Origin: Amphiscolops sp. MND2022
Lineage: Eukaryota
Assembly (NCBI GenBank): GCA_964187785.1
Contig: OZ076409.1
Location: forward strand, 62,684,001-62,748,000
Direction of reading: 5' to 3'
Length of the DNA: 64,000 nt
Every line of letters begins with the position of its first letter. Position 1 is the first letter of the stretch. Positions 1 to 10,700 of this stretch are shown here, in pieces. A model generated the notes under the pieces. It was not told the origin of the DNA and searched no databases. It was given only the letters and a program-made list of their open reading frames with translations. The translations under genes and the position numbers were made by a program.

Positions 1-335
1 AACTCTTCGTTACCTTGCATAAATGCAGTTTTATACTCAGTTGACCACTTTCAGCTTGTGTCTTTTTTAAAAATATTTCTAAAAGGGAAACAGAATGATC
101 CCAATTGTGGTATAAATTTGCTCAGTCGATTAACTCCTCCTAGAAGTGATCTGAGTTCTGGTCTCAGTGAGGGGTGCAATATTTCACAAATTCCTGACAT
201 TCTGTCATTTAATGACAAAATTTGTGTATTTGTAAATGCAAAATCAAGCCGCCCATAGCTCTCACTTGCAGATAGAAATTTATACAATATAATATATAAT
301 ATACACATGTTAATCGCAATTTTGCATCGTTCCAT
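1..335 (-). mobile_element. Decayed Ty3/Gypsy pol fragment (RT-RNase H linker)
   Basis: Minus-strand translation ELRSLLGGVNRLSKFIPQLGSFCFPFRNIFKKDTS*KWSTEYKTAF matches the Gypsy LRSFLG..N...KFIP....PL..LLKK...W.W linker pattern; it contains stops. Confidence 0.7.
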
Positions 336-516
336 GATGTCAAAATTTCCTGCATTTTTCCTTTATGCTCATCTTTAACAACTTTTTCTGACTAATATAG
401 CCGATCAAAAACGAAAAATTGCTGGTAACAGTTCCAATATTTCCTGAACTATTCAAGTCCGACAAACGATTTTCAGCACGTTCGAAAGAAGAAAATTAGG
501 GCATTCTATTTAGGGC

Positions 517-878
517 CCCTAAACCGCACTGGCTCCGAACTTTGCGCCAAAACTGTCCACGTGTTGTGTCTTTGACTGCATTTCAACATGTTTCAAATCA
601 TGCTAGGGCTACTTTGATCCAATCTTGTCCCCAGTGGGATAAAGTGGCCACACACAAAAAAGGTAAAACGGAAAATTTGCGCTCATTTTTTTGATTTTTT
701 GTTCCCGATTTCGCAATTTTGAGACATCTAGTCAACAATCCGTGAGAATGCGTGCAATGCTATGTAATTTTGTCTGAAAATCCTATTCAAGAGTTTTCTT
801 TACCGTACGGTCAACTGGTGCCTTTAGAAGTCTGCAGATCTTAAGTGGAGCAAAAACGTACCACAATGCTATTTAGGG
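517..878. mobile_element. Non-autonomous DNA element (MITE-like); its right part is repeated at about 1840-1990
   Basis: Imperfect terminal inverted repeats CCCTAAACCGCACT / AATGCTATTTAGGG. 722-881 recurs at about 1841-1990. It lies between the two Gypsy pol fragments. Confidence 0.45.
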
Positions 879-881
879 TTA

Positions 882-1150
882 TGGTTCCAAAACTAGCATT
901 TGGTTCTCATCTGTATCAACCGCTCAGTTTATTGATCTTGCATCGAGTGCTCTCACAACTGATCGATTCTTTTTCACTATGGTAACTGTCGGTTGAATGA
1001 AGGCATCATGTTTAAATTCTTTTACTTGCTCCATGTGTCTTTCGTATCAACAATTTCTTTCCAATTCACCATCTTCTGCATATTGGAGTTGTTATTTTCC
1101 GACCCCACATTTTATAAATGGGGGAGGAAAATCATGATCTGTGACGCGGT
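882..1150 (-). mobile_element. Decayed Ty3/Gypsy reverse transcriptase N-terminal fragment
   Basis: Minus strand reads FIQPTVTIVKKNRSVVRALDARSIN*AV..DENQM, similar to the Gypsy RT start (SP.V.V.KKD.S.R...D.R.LN). It is collinear with 1-335. Confidence 0.6.
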
Positions 1151-1258
1151 TTTTTTCCAAATTTTGCCAAATCTCCACAATTTCCACCTTTTGATTACTT
1201 GACTTTTTTATATAGCTATCAGTAACTAAAATAGTCAAGTAACTAAAATAGCATACAG

Positions 1259-1362
1259 CGGGAATAATATCTAAAGTCAAAAAGGGGATAAGATCTAAAG
1301 GGAATAAGATCTAAAATCACTAAATTTTAGATCTTATTCTTTAGATCCTATTCCCACCCCCC
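1259..1362. repeat. Small foldback element built of GGGAATAAGATCTAAA-like subrepeats
   Basis: Three forward copies are followed by inverted copies (TTTAGATCTTATTC, TTTAGATCCTATTCCC). AAAATAGC occurs on both sides (1245 and 1363). Confidence 0.5.
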
Positions 1363-2270
1363 AAAATAGCTATGGGATAGTTGGTGAAGGCGAACAGGGC
1401 GGAAAATATCCCGGTGCTTAGCGGGCGTCTTGTTTTCGTATAGGACGTATTCGCTTTTTTCACTTACCGGTTCGATTTGCTCAACTGTGTATCCTGGGAT
1501 TTTTAGCCACTCACGGGCAATGACAAACTTCACAACGTTTAGTTTCGACGCAATTGGAAGCACTATGTACACCTATGAATCAGTGTCGTTAATTCCGTAT
1601 CGATGGTTGACACTACTAGAAAAACGTGTGTCCTACCCTTCCCTCGTTTTTTTTCGGTTACCAAATACTACATTCTGACCACTATTTGTTTTCAAATAGT
1701 TCCACTTCTGAATTGAGTATCAACGGAAAAGAATGACATACACCGTGAGAAAGGAAAGCCACTGGGAAGTGTCATCAACCCGGAATGAAGGAAGAATTTC
1801 GGAATCAACCCAAAAATCTTGTGCTTAACTTTTAAATGTAGACATCAAGTCAATAATCCTTGAAAATGCGTGCAATGCTACGTAATATTGTCTGAAAATC
1901 TTATTCAAGAGCTTTCTTTACCATACGGTCAGCTGGTGCCTTTAGAAGTTTGCAGATCTTAAGTGGTCCAAACAATGCTCTTTAGGGTTAGGACCTGACA
2001 GGTACATTGAACTATTTACACACTTTTTTACAACGGCATCTCCTCTTGAGTGAGTCGATTTTCGGCGCCAAAACACTGTTGATCAAAAATGATAGGATCA
2101 AATAACCATAAGCAGGAGTTGAAGCCTCCATTTACGATTTATTTGCAAACTACTACTACTTTAGTAAACCTCAACTAAAATTAACCCATTTTTGATTTTC
2201 GAGAAAATACTAATTTCTATTTTTTAGTTTGAGTCTAAAAAAGACTATTTCGGCTCATCGGCTCACTCAG

Positions 2271-2702
2271 TTTTTAGTCGGCGCTTTTCTAGTGAAAAGC
2301 GCCCGACACTTACAGTGGCTAGTTTTTTTTTCGTCAGACTACAATCTCACTCTGATTGGGCCACGTTTCTTACAATCGAAACTACTAAAACTACTACCAT
2401 AAGGCCAAGTCCGGTCAGCGTTAACGTAACCTACAAAACCGGACGAGACTAAAGGGTCCCCCTTTCAATTTTTTTTCGGCATTGTGCGACTTTTTTTCGA
2501 AAATTTTTTAATGTCTCAAAAGAGTCCCCCTTTCGAGTTTTTTGATGTTTTGCAACAGAATATATGTTAATAAAGCCCAAAGGGTCCCCCCTTTTACATT
2601 TTTTGGTACTATGCGACATTTTCTGGAAGAAAATTTTCAAAAAGTCTTTTGCGCTTTTTGAGCCTTAGATATAGTGCCGACTTTAGACGTTCCCGTCTTG
2701 TT
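2271..2702 (+). mobile_element. Non-autonomous Helentron-like (HINE/DINE-1-like) element
   Basis: 5' end TTTTTAGTCGGCGC-hairpin-GCGCCCGAC; 3' end GTGCCGACT subTIR + GACGTTCCCGTC stem-loop + TTGTT. Confidence 0.7.
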
Positions 2703-3035
2703 AAGTCGTTAAAGTACCAAACCCCAAAACAAACGTTATTCTGATCTTATAATAAAAAATTACCCTACAAAAAAGTAAAAGTAACTTCCATCATAATGCG
2801 GAGAAGCGATTAAAAATTTTTAAATTTTCATTTTTAGGACTGTGTTGAATTCCCCCCAAGCGGCGACAGGGGGAAATGAGACACAAGGTTACCATTACGT
2901 CGACATCGTTTGCGTTGAAATTTTGGTCCAATAAAATAATTGATGTCGACATAATCCTATCCATTACATTGACTGTCAGTTAAAAGTTGTTCATTAGATT
3001 TTATCACGGAGAAAATTTGCGTTGAAATAGGGGCC

Positions 3036-3634
3036 TTTTTAGTCGGCGCTTTTCTTAAGAAAAGAGCCCGACTATTACAGTCACTCGTTTTTTTTTCTTT
3101 TTTTTTTATTTAAGACAGACTCGAAGCGACGAACGCTAAAATTAACGTTCAACTACTAAATAAGTACTAAACTACTGGACCGCTAAAGGCAAACGGGGAG
3201 CGCATTCATTTACTTTTTCAACGTTACATACAAGCCCGGACGGGACTAAAGTTTCGTACCCCTCCCTTTCGATTTTTTTTCGGCGCTGTGAGATTTTTTT
3301 CGGCGCTGTGAGACTCGAAAACCACTTTTTCTACAACTGAAGACAACAAAAGCTCTCAAAAAACTAAAAATTGAGAAAAAAAATTTCCGAATTTTTTTTG
3401 AATTTTTTTTTCGAAGTTTCCGGTAAGTCGCAAAGTGCCGAAAATGTAAAAGGGGGGACGCCTTTTCTCATGTTAGACGCTTTGGATGCGTTGAAAATGA
3501 AGTATTAAGTACATTAGTAAAAGTTGGCAAATGTGCATTATAATGCACAAAAAGTGGACGTTACGCGTTGAACTGACGAAAAAAAACTAGCCACTGTAAG
3601 AGTCGGGATTTTCTTCGAAAACGCCGACTAAAAA
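3036..3634. mobile_element. Two HINE-like 5' halves fused back to back
   Basis: Left end TTTTTAGTCGGCGCTTTTC; right end AAACGCCGACTAAAAA, which is the same terminus in reverse orientation. Confidence 0.55.
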
Positions 3635-3849
3635 TTAGGGTAATTTTTTGCCTGAAGTGACAAAAAAGTTGTAGAGACAATCCTCTAAGTATTTACATTC
3701 ACATAATATTCTTTAATCAGTGAAATATTTTTATTCAAGAACAAAATGTGCTTTCGTGTTGGGGGAATTCCCAACAAGGTATTCCTGGGGGAAATTGAAC
3801 ACATGGTCCGATTTTTAAAATAACAGCATCTGAGAAGAGAGATACTAAC

Positions 3850-3981
3850 CATTCACCTCGGAGGGCCAAAATGGATATTGCAGGTGTGATAAAAGAAAAT
3901 GTGCCCCCTTGCACGATGGGCAATCTGACCCCAACCGAGGTCTGCAACAAGGTCACTATTCCGGAGCAGAACAGCAGCGAA
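3850..3981 (-). CDS. SLC23/NCS2 nucleobase-ascorbate transporter, internal exon
   Basis: Encodes SLLFCSGIVTLLQTSVGVRLPIVQGGTFSFITPAISILALRGEW (SLC23 G.RLP.VQG..F.F motif). Acceptor CCTTAG|, donor |GTTAGT. Confidence 0.9.
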
Positions 3982-4546
3982 CTAAGGTCAAGAGGAGTGT
4001 TGAATGTTGAATTGTTCAATTATAGCACTAAATGCTGCAAAGCTAATTCTTTTTCTGTATTGAATGACTGACGGTTCTTTTAAATTAGAGCATCTATAGT
4101 GCTGAGAGAAATATGGAACTTAGGAGTGAGTTTTCCGTGCAAATTGCAAATTGATCATAAAATCATGTTACATTGATTCTACAAACTTCTTCAGAAAACA
4201 GCATTATAAACTAAATGAGATTTCGAAAACTTTTTTCAGATTTGCTGACTTCAACGAAGTTCAGTACTTTTTGAGTTGTCATACTTTTAAATTCAAATCA
4301 TTGTGCGTTATTATGTTCCATTTTCTTTCATAGGCCTAGAACACTCCAGAATTGTAAATCAACTATACGAGAGCAACTAAAGTTTATACTTCATGTCCTG
4401 AAGCTTCAAAATTGGTTTAAGCCATGAAAACTATTGAAAGTTAGACTTGGACAATCCGAATAAAATTTTGACATCAAAAATTTGATAAAATGCAGCACAT
4501 TTGTTTTTTGCTATCATTTTGAGATTTTTTTTAAAATTCAACACCC

Positions 4547-4717
4547 CTGATAAGTTTAGATAGCGCAATTGAGTTGTCAACAATACACAAATGCTCAGAA
4601 AGCACATACGGTATAGACACTGTAGCTCCTAACATTGTTAGGTAATGTTGAATGCCAAGAAGGACGGCTAAGTACCATGGTGGATTTTGTTCGATGCTGT
4701 AGAGAAGCTTCGAATCA
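4547..4717 (-). CDS. SLC23/NCS2 nucleobase-ascorbate transporter, TM1 exon
   Basis: Encodes DSKLLYSIEQNPPWYLAVLLGIQHYLTMLGATVSIPYVLSEHLC..SKLI (PPW and QH signature). Begins after acceptor TTTAG at 4718, or at a slightly upstream in-frame ATG (MKFSDSK). The 3' boundary needs a non-canonical donor (see findings). Confidence 0.88.
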
Positions 4718-4969
4718 CTAAACTTCATTTCATATGAGCAAAACTTTTGCTTACGCAACGGTGAAGGCATTTTTTGAATCAAAAGTGTGACTAAAGTTTA
4801 TGAGATCTGAACAAAATTACTAAAAACCAAACTGGTGCCAAACTTACAAAGCAATTTGAAGACTAAATATTGGCTTTGTTCATGCACGAACGTGTTGAAG
4901 CAAGCTTGTTCCAATTATTGTTCGTAAAGGCGTGTATAAATACTTCAGAGAAAATATAATGGTTATCAA

Positions 4970-5250
4970 ATAAGCCATACAGACATATCGGAACATGTTT
5001 CTTGTCTCAGCCAAGTACAGGACGTCAAATATATTAGTGTACCGAAATTTCGTCGGAAACGGTGTCGACATAATAGCTTTTGAACCCTTGGTTTCGTAAT
5101 TTTTCCCCCCTATACGAAACGAATGGTTCAAATACCATTATGTCAACACCGTTTCCGACGAAGTTTTGGTACACTATCATAATTGACGTCGTGTTAAAGT
5201 GTCCTTGACTGGGGTAAGAAACAGGGTCTGATATGTCTGTAAAGTTTATA
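4970..5250. repeat. Long imperfect palindrome / MITE (arms about 110 bp)
   Basis: TAGTGTACCGAAATTTCGTCGGAAACGGTGTCGACATAAT..TGAACC (about 5035-5086) is mirrored by GGTTCA..ATTATGTCAACACCGTTTCCGACGAAGTTTTGGTACACTA (about 5125-5176). ACAGACATATC / GATATGTCTGT lie further out. Confidence 0.7.
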
Positions 5251-5536
5251 TGCGGTATGACTTTGACCGCAAGTACACTATGCGGTACTATGAAATTTGA
5301 GAAAAGGGGGCAGTGGATGAATTCTTCTCATCCAATGTTTTTTACCATTAACCAGCTGGATTACATTGAATCAGGAAAAAATATGTTCGAATAATGGAAC
5401 ACGAGTGGTTTGAATGAGATTCAGAGATTTAAAAAACCCATTCAATTTCCCTTGTAAGTAAAAACGGCTGATTGACTATGATGCTTATGTCCCCTGGTTA
5501 CAAACACTTGGTTACAAATACTTGGAGGATTGTCTC

Positions 5537-7376
5537 CAGGGCCCGGATTTTCATGCGTAAAAAATATGCCAAATATGCGTAAAAACATGCGTAAAAAATC
5601 CTAAAATATGCGTAAAAATATGCGTAAAAATTTATTGGTTTTCATACACAGTATTATACCAATAGACACATAAATGGTGTTTCAAGTTTTCAATGGTAAG
5701 TGACATTCTTTGTGGAGTTTGAATTTGTCCCATTTCTGAGAAAACTCTCTCTATATCGGCAGAAACCAGGGGTGCATATCGGTAAATTGGAGCATCTAGT
5801 GGTGGCACATCAGAACTGACTCTCTCTCCTCTCAGAATTTTTGCAAAATCTTGCAAAATTTTAAAATCAGGATTTCGGGTTAAAACAGCATCGAGTTTCT
5901 CTTTATAGTTGTCGCCTTGTACGTTGACAATAACTTTCTCCAAAATAACAAACTGATCACACAACGACAGTCGTCCCTGTAACTTCGTAATGGCCTCTGG
6001 TAAAAAATCGAAAGATGCAACTAAAAATGCCATTTCTTGCATGAGCGCGTTGTCCATGAGGTCCAAAATTTTCGTGATTTCTGAATTATTGGGTTCTTCA
6101 CTTCCCAAGTGAATCAGAAATTGTTGAAATTCGGCAAAATACTTGGCGTAATAAAACACTGCAATTAGCCACGAAGACCATCTGGTGATAACAGGCACAG
6201 GCGGTAAGGGCAACCCTGTCAATTCTCGGAATAATCGTTGTCTGCGACTACAATTGCAGAATAATTTTGCCACCTTCGATATGAAAAAATCAGTAGCAGA
6301 ATTTGTGGATCGAACATTTTCTGCAAGCCGATTTAAACCGTGGGCTAGACAGGTAATGTGTAGCAGTTTCGGGAATAAGCCTTTTAACAGCTTGCCTGCT
6401 TTAAGCATGTAACTGGCACCATCTGATACAAATAAACGAAATTTTGAATAGTCCATCTCGTCAAAAATCGAGCAAAGACTCGAATTAACTATTTGGTTTA
6501 TGGCTACAGCATCCGTTTTCTCAGTCTCAGCAAGATTAAAAAGCATTGGTGGCTTTAATTCGTTGTCTAAAACTCCAATTAAAACACCAACCAAAAATCT
6601 ACCTGCGGGGTCTGTCGCTTCGTCTACCATAATGTAGTAATTTTTCCCAGTAACCGCCTCTTTAATTGCTGATATAACTTTATTGAACTGTTTCGGCAAA
6701 TAATTCTTTCGAAGTGTAGACTCGTCTGGAGCTGCCTGGCCCGACCATGTCTCCAACAGGGATTTTACTTTTCGACATTGAAGTTTGTGAAATGGAATAG
6801 CTGCTGAGGTAAATGCTTCAGTAATATGATCAAAGAATTTGTTAGAAGTTTCATCCGAAAACTTAAGCGCATCCTGTCTCTTTGCATTTAATGATAACTG
6901 CCTTTTATGCCTGTCGCTATCTATATGCTGGTGTACTCGAAAATTAATGTTCGAAGCTGAATAATCGAAGCCATTAACACATAACTTGCAAACAATTTTG
7001 TTACTCGATTGCTCGTAATTCCAGTTTTGCATACCACCAGGCAATGTCTTCACATAGTCAGAACCGTGCAATTTGTGTTTTGGCATCTTGGACAAATGCA
7101 CAGTAAGCAAGATCAAATGGCAATACAATACTGTAAACACTGAGAACGAATAAAGCAGTGCCAGACAGACAGGCACCACATAACCGCAATGTTTGCTCAC
7201 TGAAATCTGTCACACTCACATACACATTCCTGAAAGTAAATTGTCACTGCAGTCCAATTCCTTGTCAATTTTGGCTAAATATGCGTTAAGTTCATGAAAA
7301 TATGCGCAAAAATAAATTTAGGCCAAATATGCGTAAAAACATGCGTTATGAACTTCTCATATAAATCCGGGCCCTG
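5537..7376 (-). mobile_element. Full-length, apparently intact hAT-superfamily DNA transposon (1840 bp)
   Basis: Perfect 14-bp TIRs CAGGGCCCGGATTT; perfect 8-bp TSD ATTGTCTC (5529-5536, 7377-7384); subterminal ATGCGTAAAAA repeats at both ends. Confidence 0.95.
5632..7086 (-). CDS. hAT transposase (CGGBP1/DUF659-like), about 484 aa from the ATG at 7086
   Basis: Uninterrupted ORF with N-terminal CKLC..H....H zinc finger, DEATD, SDGASYM, CLAHGLN (CxxH), TRWSS and SADIERVFS. Confidence 0.9.
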   Translation of the reverse strand: MPKHKLHGSDYVKTLPGGMQNWNYEQSSNKIVCKLCVNGFDYSASNINFRVHQHIDSDRHKRQLSLNAKRQDALKFSDETSNKFFDHITEAFTSAAIPFHKLQCRKVKSLLETWSGQAAPDESTLRKNYLPKQFNKVISAIKEAVTGKNYYIMVDEATDPAGRFLVGVLIGVLDNELKPPMLFNLAETEKTDAVAINQIVNSSLCSIFDEMDYSKFRLFVSDGASYMLKAGKLLKGLFPKLLHITCLAHGLNRLAENVRSTNSATDFFISKVAKLFCNCSRRQRLFRELTGLPLPPVPVITRWSSWLIAVFYYAKYFAEFQQFLIHLGSEEPNNSEITKILDLMDNALMQEMAFLVASFDFLPEAITKLQGRLSLCDQFVILEKVIVNVQGDNYKEKLDAVLTRNPDFKILQDFAKILRGERVSSDVPPLDAPIYRYAPLVSADIERVFSEMGQIQTPQRMSLTIENLKHHLCVYWYNTVYENQ

Positions 7377-7777
7377 ATTGTCTCTAGCGCTGTTTTGACA
7401 CTTCTATCAAAAAATGACCCTGATTCTTTAAAATTGTTTTCCAAAACGTTCCACGCATGGAACATGCCAAAACCGTACTTCTTGACGCAAAATTTCTGCA
7501 ACAAATATAAAAAGCAACTTTCAACTATGGACCAATGTAGATAGAATATATAGTGACATCAACATTTTTTTGACCCAGGCAAGCGATGTCGACATAATGG
7601 TCTTCGCACCTTGTTTCTTCCGCAATTTGCTGGGAAATTTATTATTAAAAAAATTGCCTATTCGATTGTTTAACTGAATTGGTTATTTCTATTATTGGTT
7701 CCTTGAAATTAAAAAAGTAACACGACTAAACATTGAGCAACAATTGAACTAGAGAAGCACCGGCACTGAGATGTTTT

Positions 7778-10700
7778 TGTATCATTCAGATGACTCAAAT
7801 TATGATTGAATCAACTCACACTTCAAAAAGTCACAAACAACCTTGTAACTATTGATTTGACTGTCATTTTCGAAGAAAGTTTATTTGTTGCAGTGTGGTT
7901 AGTTAACTTTTCAATGATTCATTGATCGCGGTAAATAGAAAATTAGAATTGCGTATCAACCCAATTTTTGTTCAGATTTGAAAACAAAAAAGAGTTTTGA
8001 CAATTACCTGCAGCTTCTTCCTCAACACGTTTTCCCCATAGGCGGAAAATTCCAATCACAACATCATGGGAAAACGAGCAAAGGCGTTATCCCTCAGAAA
8101 CTTCGATAAAGGATGTACAAGGTATGAAAACTTCTTGTTGACTTTTGACGCCAATTTTAAAGAGCAACAACAGATTGTCGAAGACATGTCAAAAACATGG
8201 TTCAATCTCCAAAGTAAACATGAACGTTACTTGTTAACATTTAGTGAGGATAATAATGAAGCTGACATGTTGTGGATAGACGAGACTGAAACGAAATTCC
8301 ATGAATTAAGGTAAAAAAATGCCATATCGAAAAGAACTTAAAGCAAAAAGCATTTTATCTAAAAAACGAACCTTGAAGAAAATGCTAATGGTGTTGCTCA
8401 AAAAGGGGAAAATTTAAAAAGAAGTGACATCAGAAAAAGATGTCGTTAATTGAAGACAGATACAATATTGAACTGAATAGACTCTGTAACATTTGCCAAG
8501 CTTTTGAAGACATTTCTACGCCGAACGATAAAACATTGAAAGCAACGAAAACCGACATTCAATAACAATTTAAAGAAGCTGTTTGGGGCTCTTTCGGAAA
8601 TGAAAGATTCGAGTAAAGTAGAATAATTGGACTAAACTGTTTTTACAGAAATCTCTAACAAATTCGATGTTATCTCCTACCAAGCGTCAAATTCTCTGCC
8701 GTTTCAAAGTGAATGCGGTGGGGAGATGCAGTAGATACAAAACGAGTGCTATCGCACATGGTAAAAATGAAATTTCCTAAGTTCAGCGGTACTTGTAGAG
8801 ATTGGCTACAGTTTAAAAAGGCTGAAAAACAAGTTTCTTTTGTCAACGGGTATCAATCTACTGTGTCATATGCGTAACGCAATGCGTTGTCTGACAGTTC
8901 GAAAAGTTTGGTCCGTAATATGAAACTGTTAGATGAGAGATATGGCGATAAAAGCAGGGTTGTAGAAAATGGTCTCAATGACACTAAACATTTTGACCGA
9001 TCAAGGAAAACGACGAAAGAGTCTTCTTACGTTTATTGACGTTATCAAAACAGCAAAAATGGAAATGAAACATCTAGGGTGGATTCATGAAGTAAAAACA
9101 GTACAATCATTTCAATAATCGAAGAAAAATTTACCAATGATTTTACGAGAAAGCTAGTGCAATTGACAAAGGCGATAAAATTCCCGGTTTTCTAAAATTT
9201 GTATTGGAGAGAAAAATGGTTGTTGACCTTGACTTGATTTGTTGAAATGAAATGAAAAAGAGGTAAAGGCTAATGTTCGACTGAACCTGGTAGATACGGG
9301 ACAAAAAACAACAACTTTAAAGTGTTTTCTCCATCTTAGATCTGGGACGGAAGATTGCAGGTTATTCATAGACAATACTGTTGGCGAACGATCAGGTTTG
9401 GTACCAGAAAAAAGCGTCCTTGCTTCAACTGCCTCAATGTTGGGTACACATCGCGAACATGTAAAAGAATGAACAATGCCAGCCAAAAGAATGCGGGAGG
9501 AACCATCAAACATTTTTGCATGATAGTCAAAGGCTAAAAGACTAACAGTTTCTCTGCGAAATGTAACATAGCAGGGAAACATATTTTTTGCAAATCAAGC
9601 CGACAGACGGTATCACCTCTACCCATTCAAAAAATCCATTCTCTTTGGGACTCAGCTTCTACAGTCTCTTCGATATTGAACTCAGTCGCAAATACATTGT
9701 AAATTCCAGGAAAAGCTGTTTTTATTGTGATGGAAACTCTTGGTCAAACACGGAGAAAGCAGACAAGACTGTTCATGTTCAATATAGGACATCAAGAAAA
9801 CAATCTAGTTCGCGACGAAGCTAATGGTGTTGATGAGATATCAAATGAAGAATACAGTACAGAACCTCATAGGAAAATGTTTCAAACGGCGTTTCGGAAT
9901 CAGCAAGAAAAAAGGGACTTCTTTCACATCTCTGTGTGAACGCTGTGCATCAACAACCTATACCAGTAAAGTTTTGTGGAACTTTCGTCTTGTATGAAAT
10001 GCATTCGGAACGTGTGTAAGTGGAACATATTCAACAACCTACTCAATAAATTTCACTAAAGTTGAACATCAACCAGTCAAAAATACTAGTTGATGACTTC
10101 TACAAGATTGAAAACCTTGGCGTATCATATAGTTCAAAATGTGGTAATTGCAAAATCAGCGAATGCAGACTACGAGTTTTTTGAATTTTCAGTCAAAGAT
10201 TCAACAAAAATTGCAACTATTTCATATTGGACGATCTTTTAAAATAAAAGTTGGACTCCGACGTTTCCTTGGCTTAAGAATCCGTCCGTTTTACCTAATA
10301 ACAATGTTATTGCTCAAAAAATGTTACAAAATACATAGAAGAGACTGTTGAAAAACGAGAAACAAGCTGAATCTTATCAAAGTCAAATACAAGATATATT
10401 ATAGCGCAGTGTTGCTGAGAAATTAGATGAGACATACTTTAACCACGATGGTCCGAAGCATTACATTAGACACCATGAGATACTGAAAGAGGATTCTGCT
10501 TCCACGCATTGCAGTCGTGTTTTTAATGCATCTGCTATTTACAAAAACCACATCTCAAACGACATTTGGGCGAAAGACCTTCTTGGAAAGATATTGGGCA
10601 TCCTGGTAAAGTTTCGTGACGATCATTCGGCTTGTATTGGTGATGTTCGGGAATGTATCACACCGTTTGAATGGCATTGAAAAACCAACACACCAACCAA

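Noticed and set aside
872..881. TTAGGGTTA as an interstitial telomere (also about 1982)
   Set aside because: Single unit that coincides with the terminus of a repeated MITE-like element.
1380..1780. Possible Mutator transposase remnant on the minus strand
   Set aside because: Too degraded; no catalytic motif could be read with confidence.
1..3849. Further SLC23 exons downstream of 3850
   Set aside because: No SLC23-like frame with a phase-2 acceptor was found; the next exon is probably outside the window.
5552..5632. Regularly spaced ATGCGTAAAAA repeats as a CRISPR-like array
   Set aside because: No unique spacers and a eukaryotic context; these are hAT subterminal transposase-binding repeats mirrored at 7279-7347.
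7087..7200. Hydrophobic N-terminal extension of the 522-aa ORF as a signal or TM segment
   Set aside because: It depends on a GTG start; the first ATG is at 7086.
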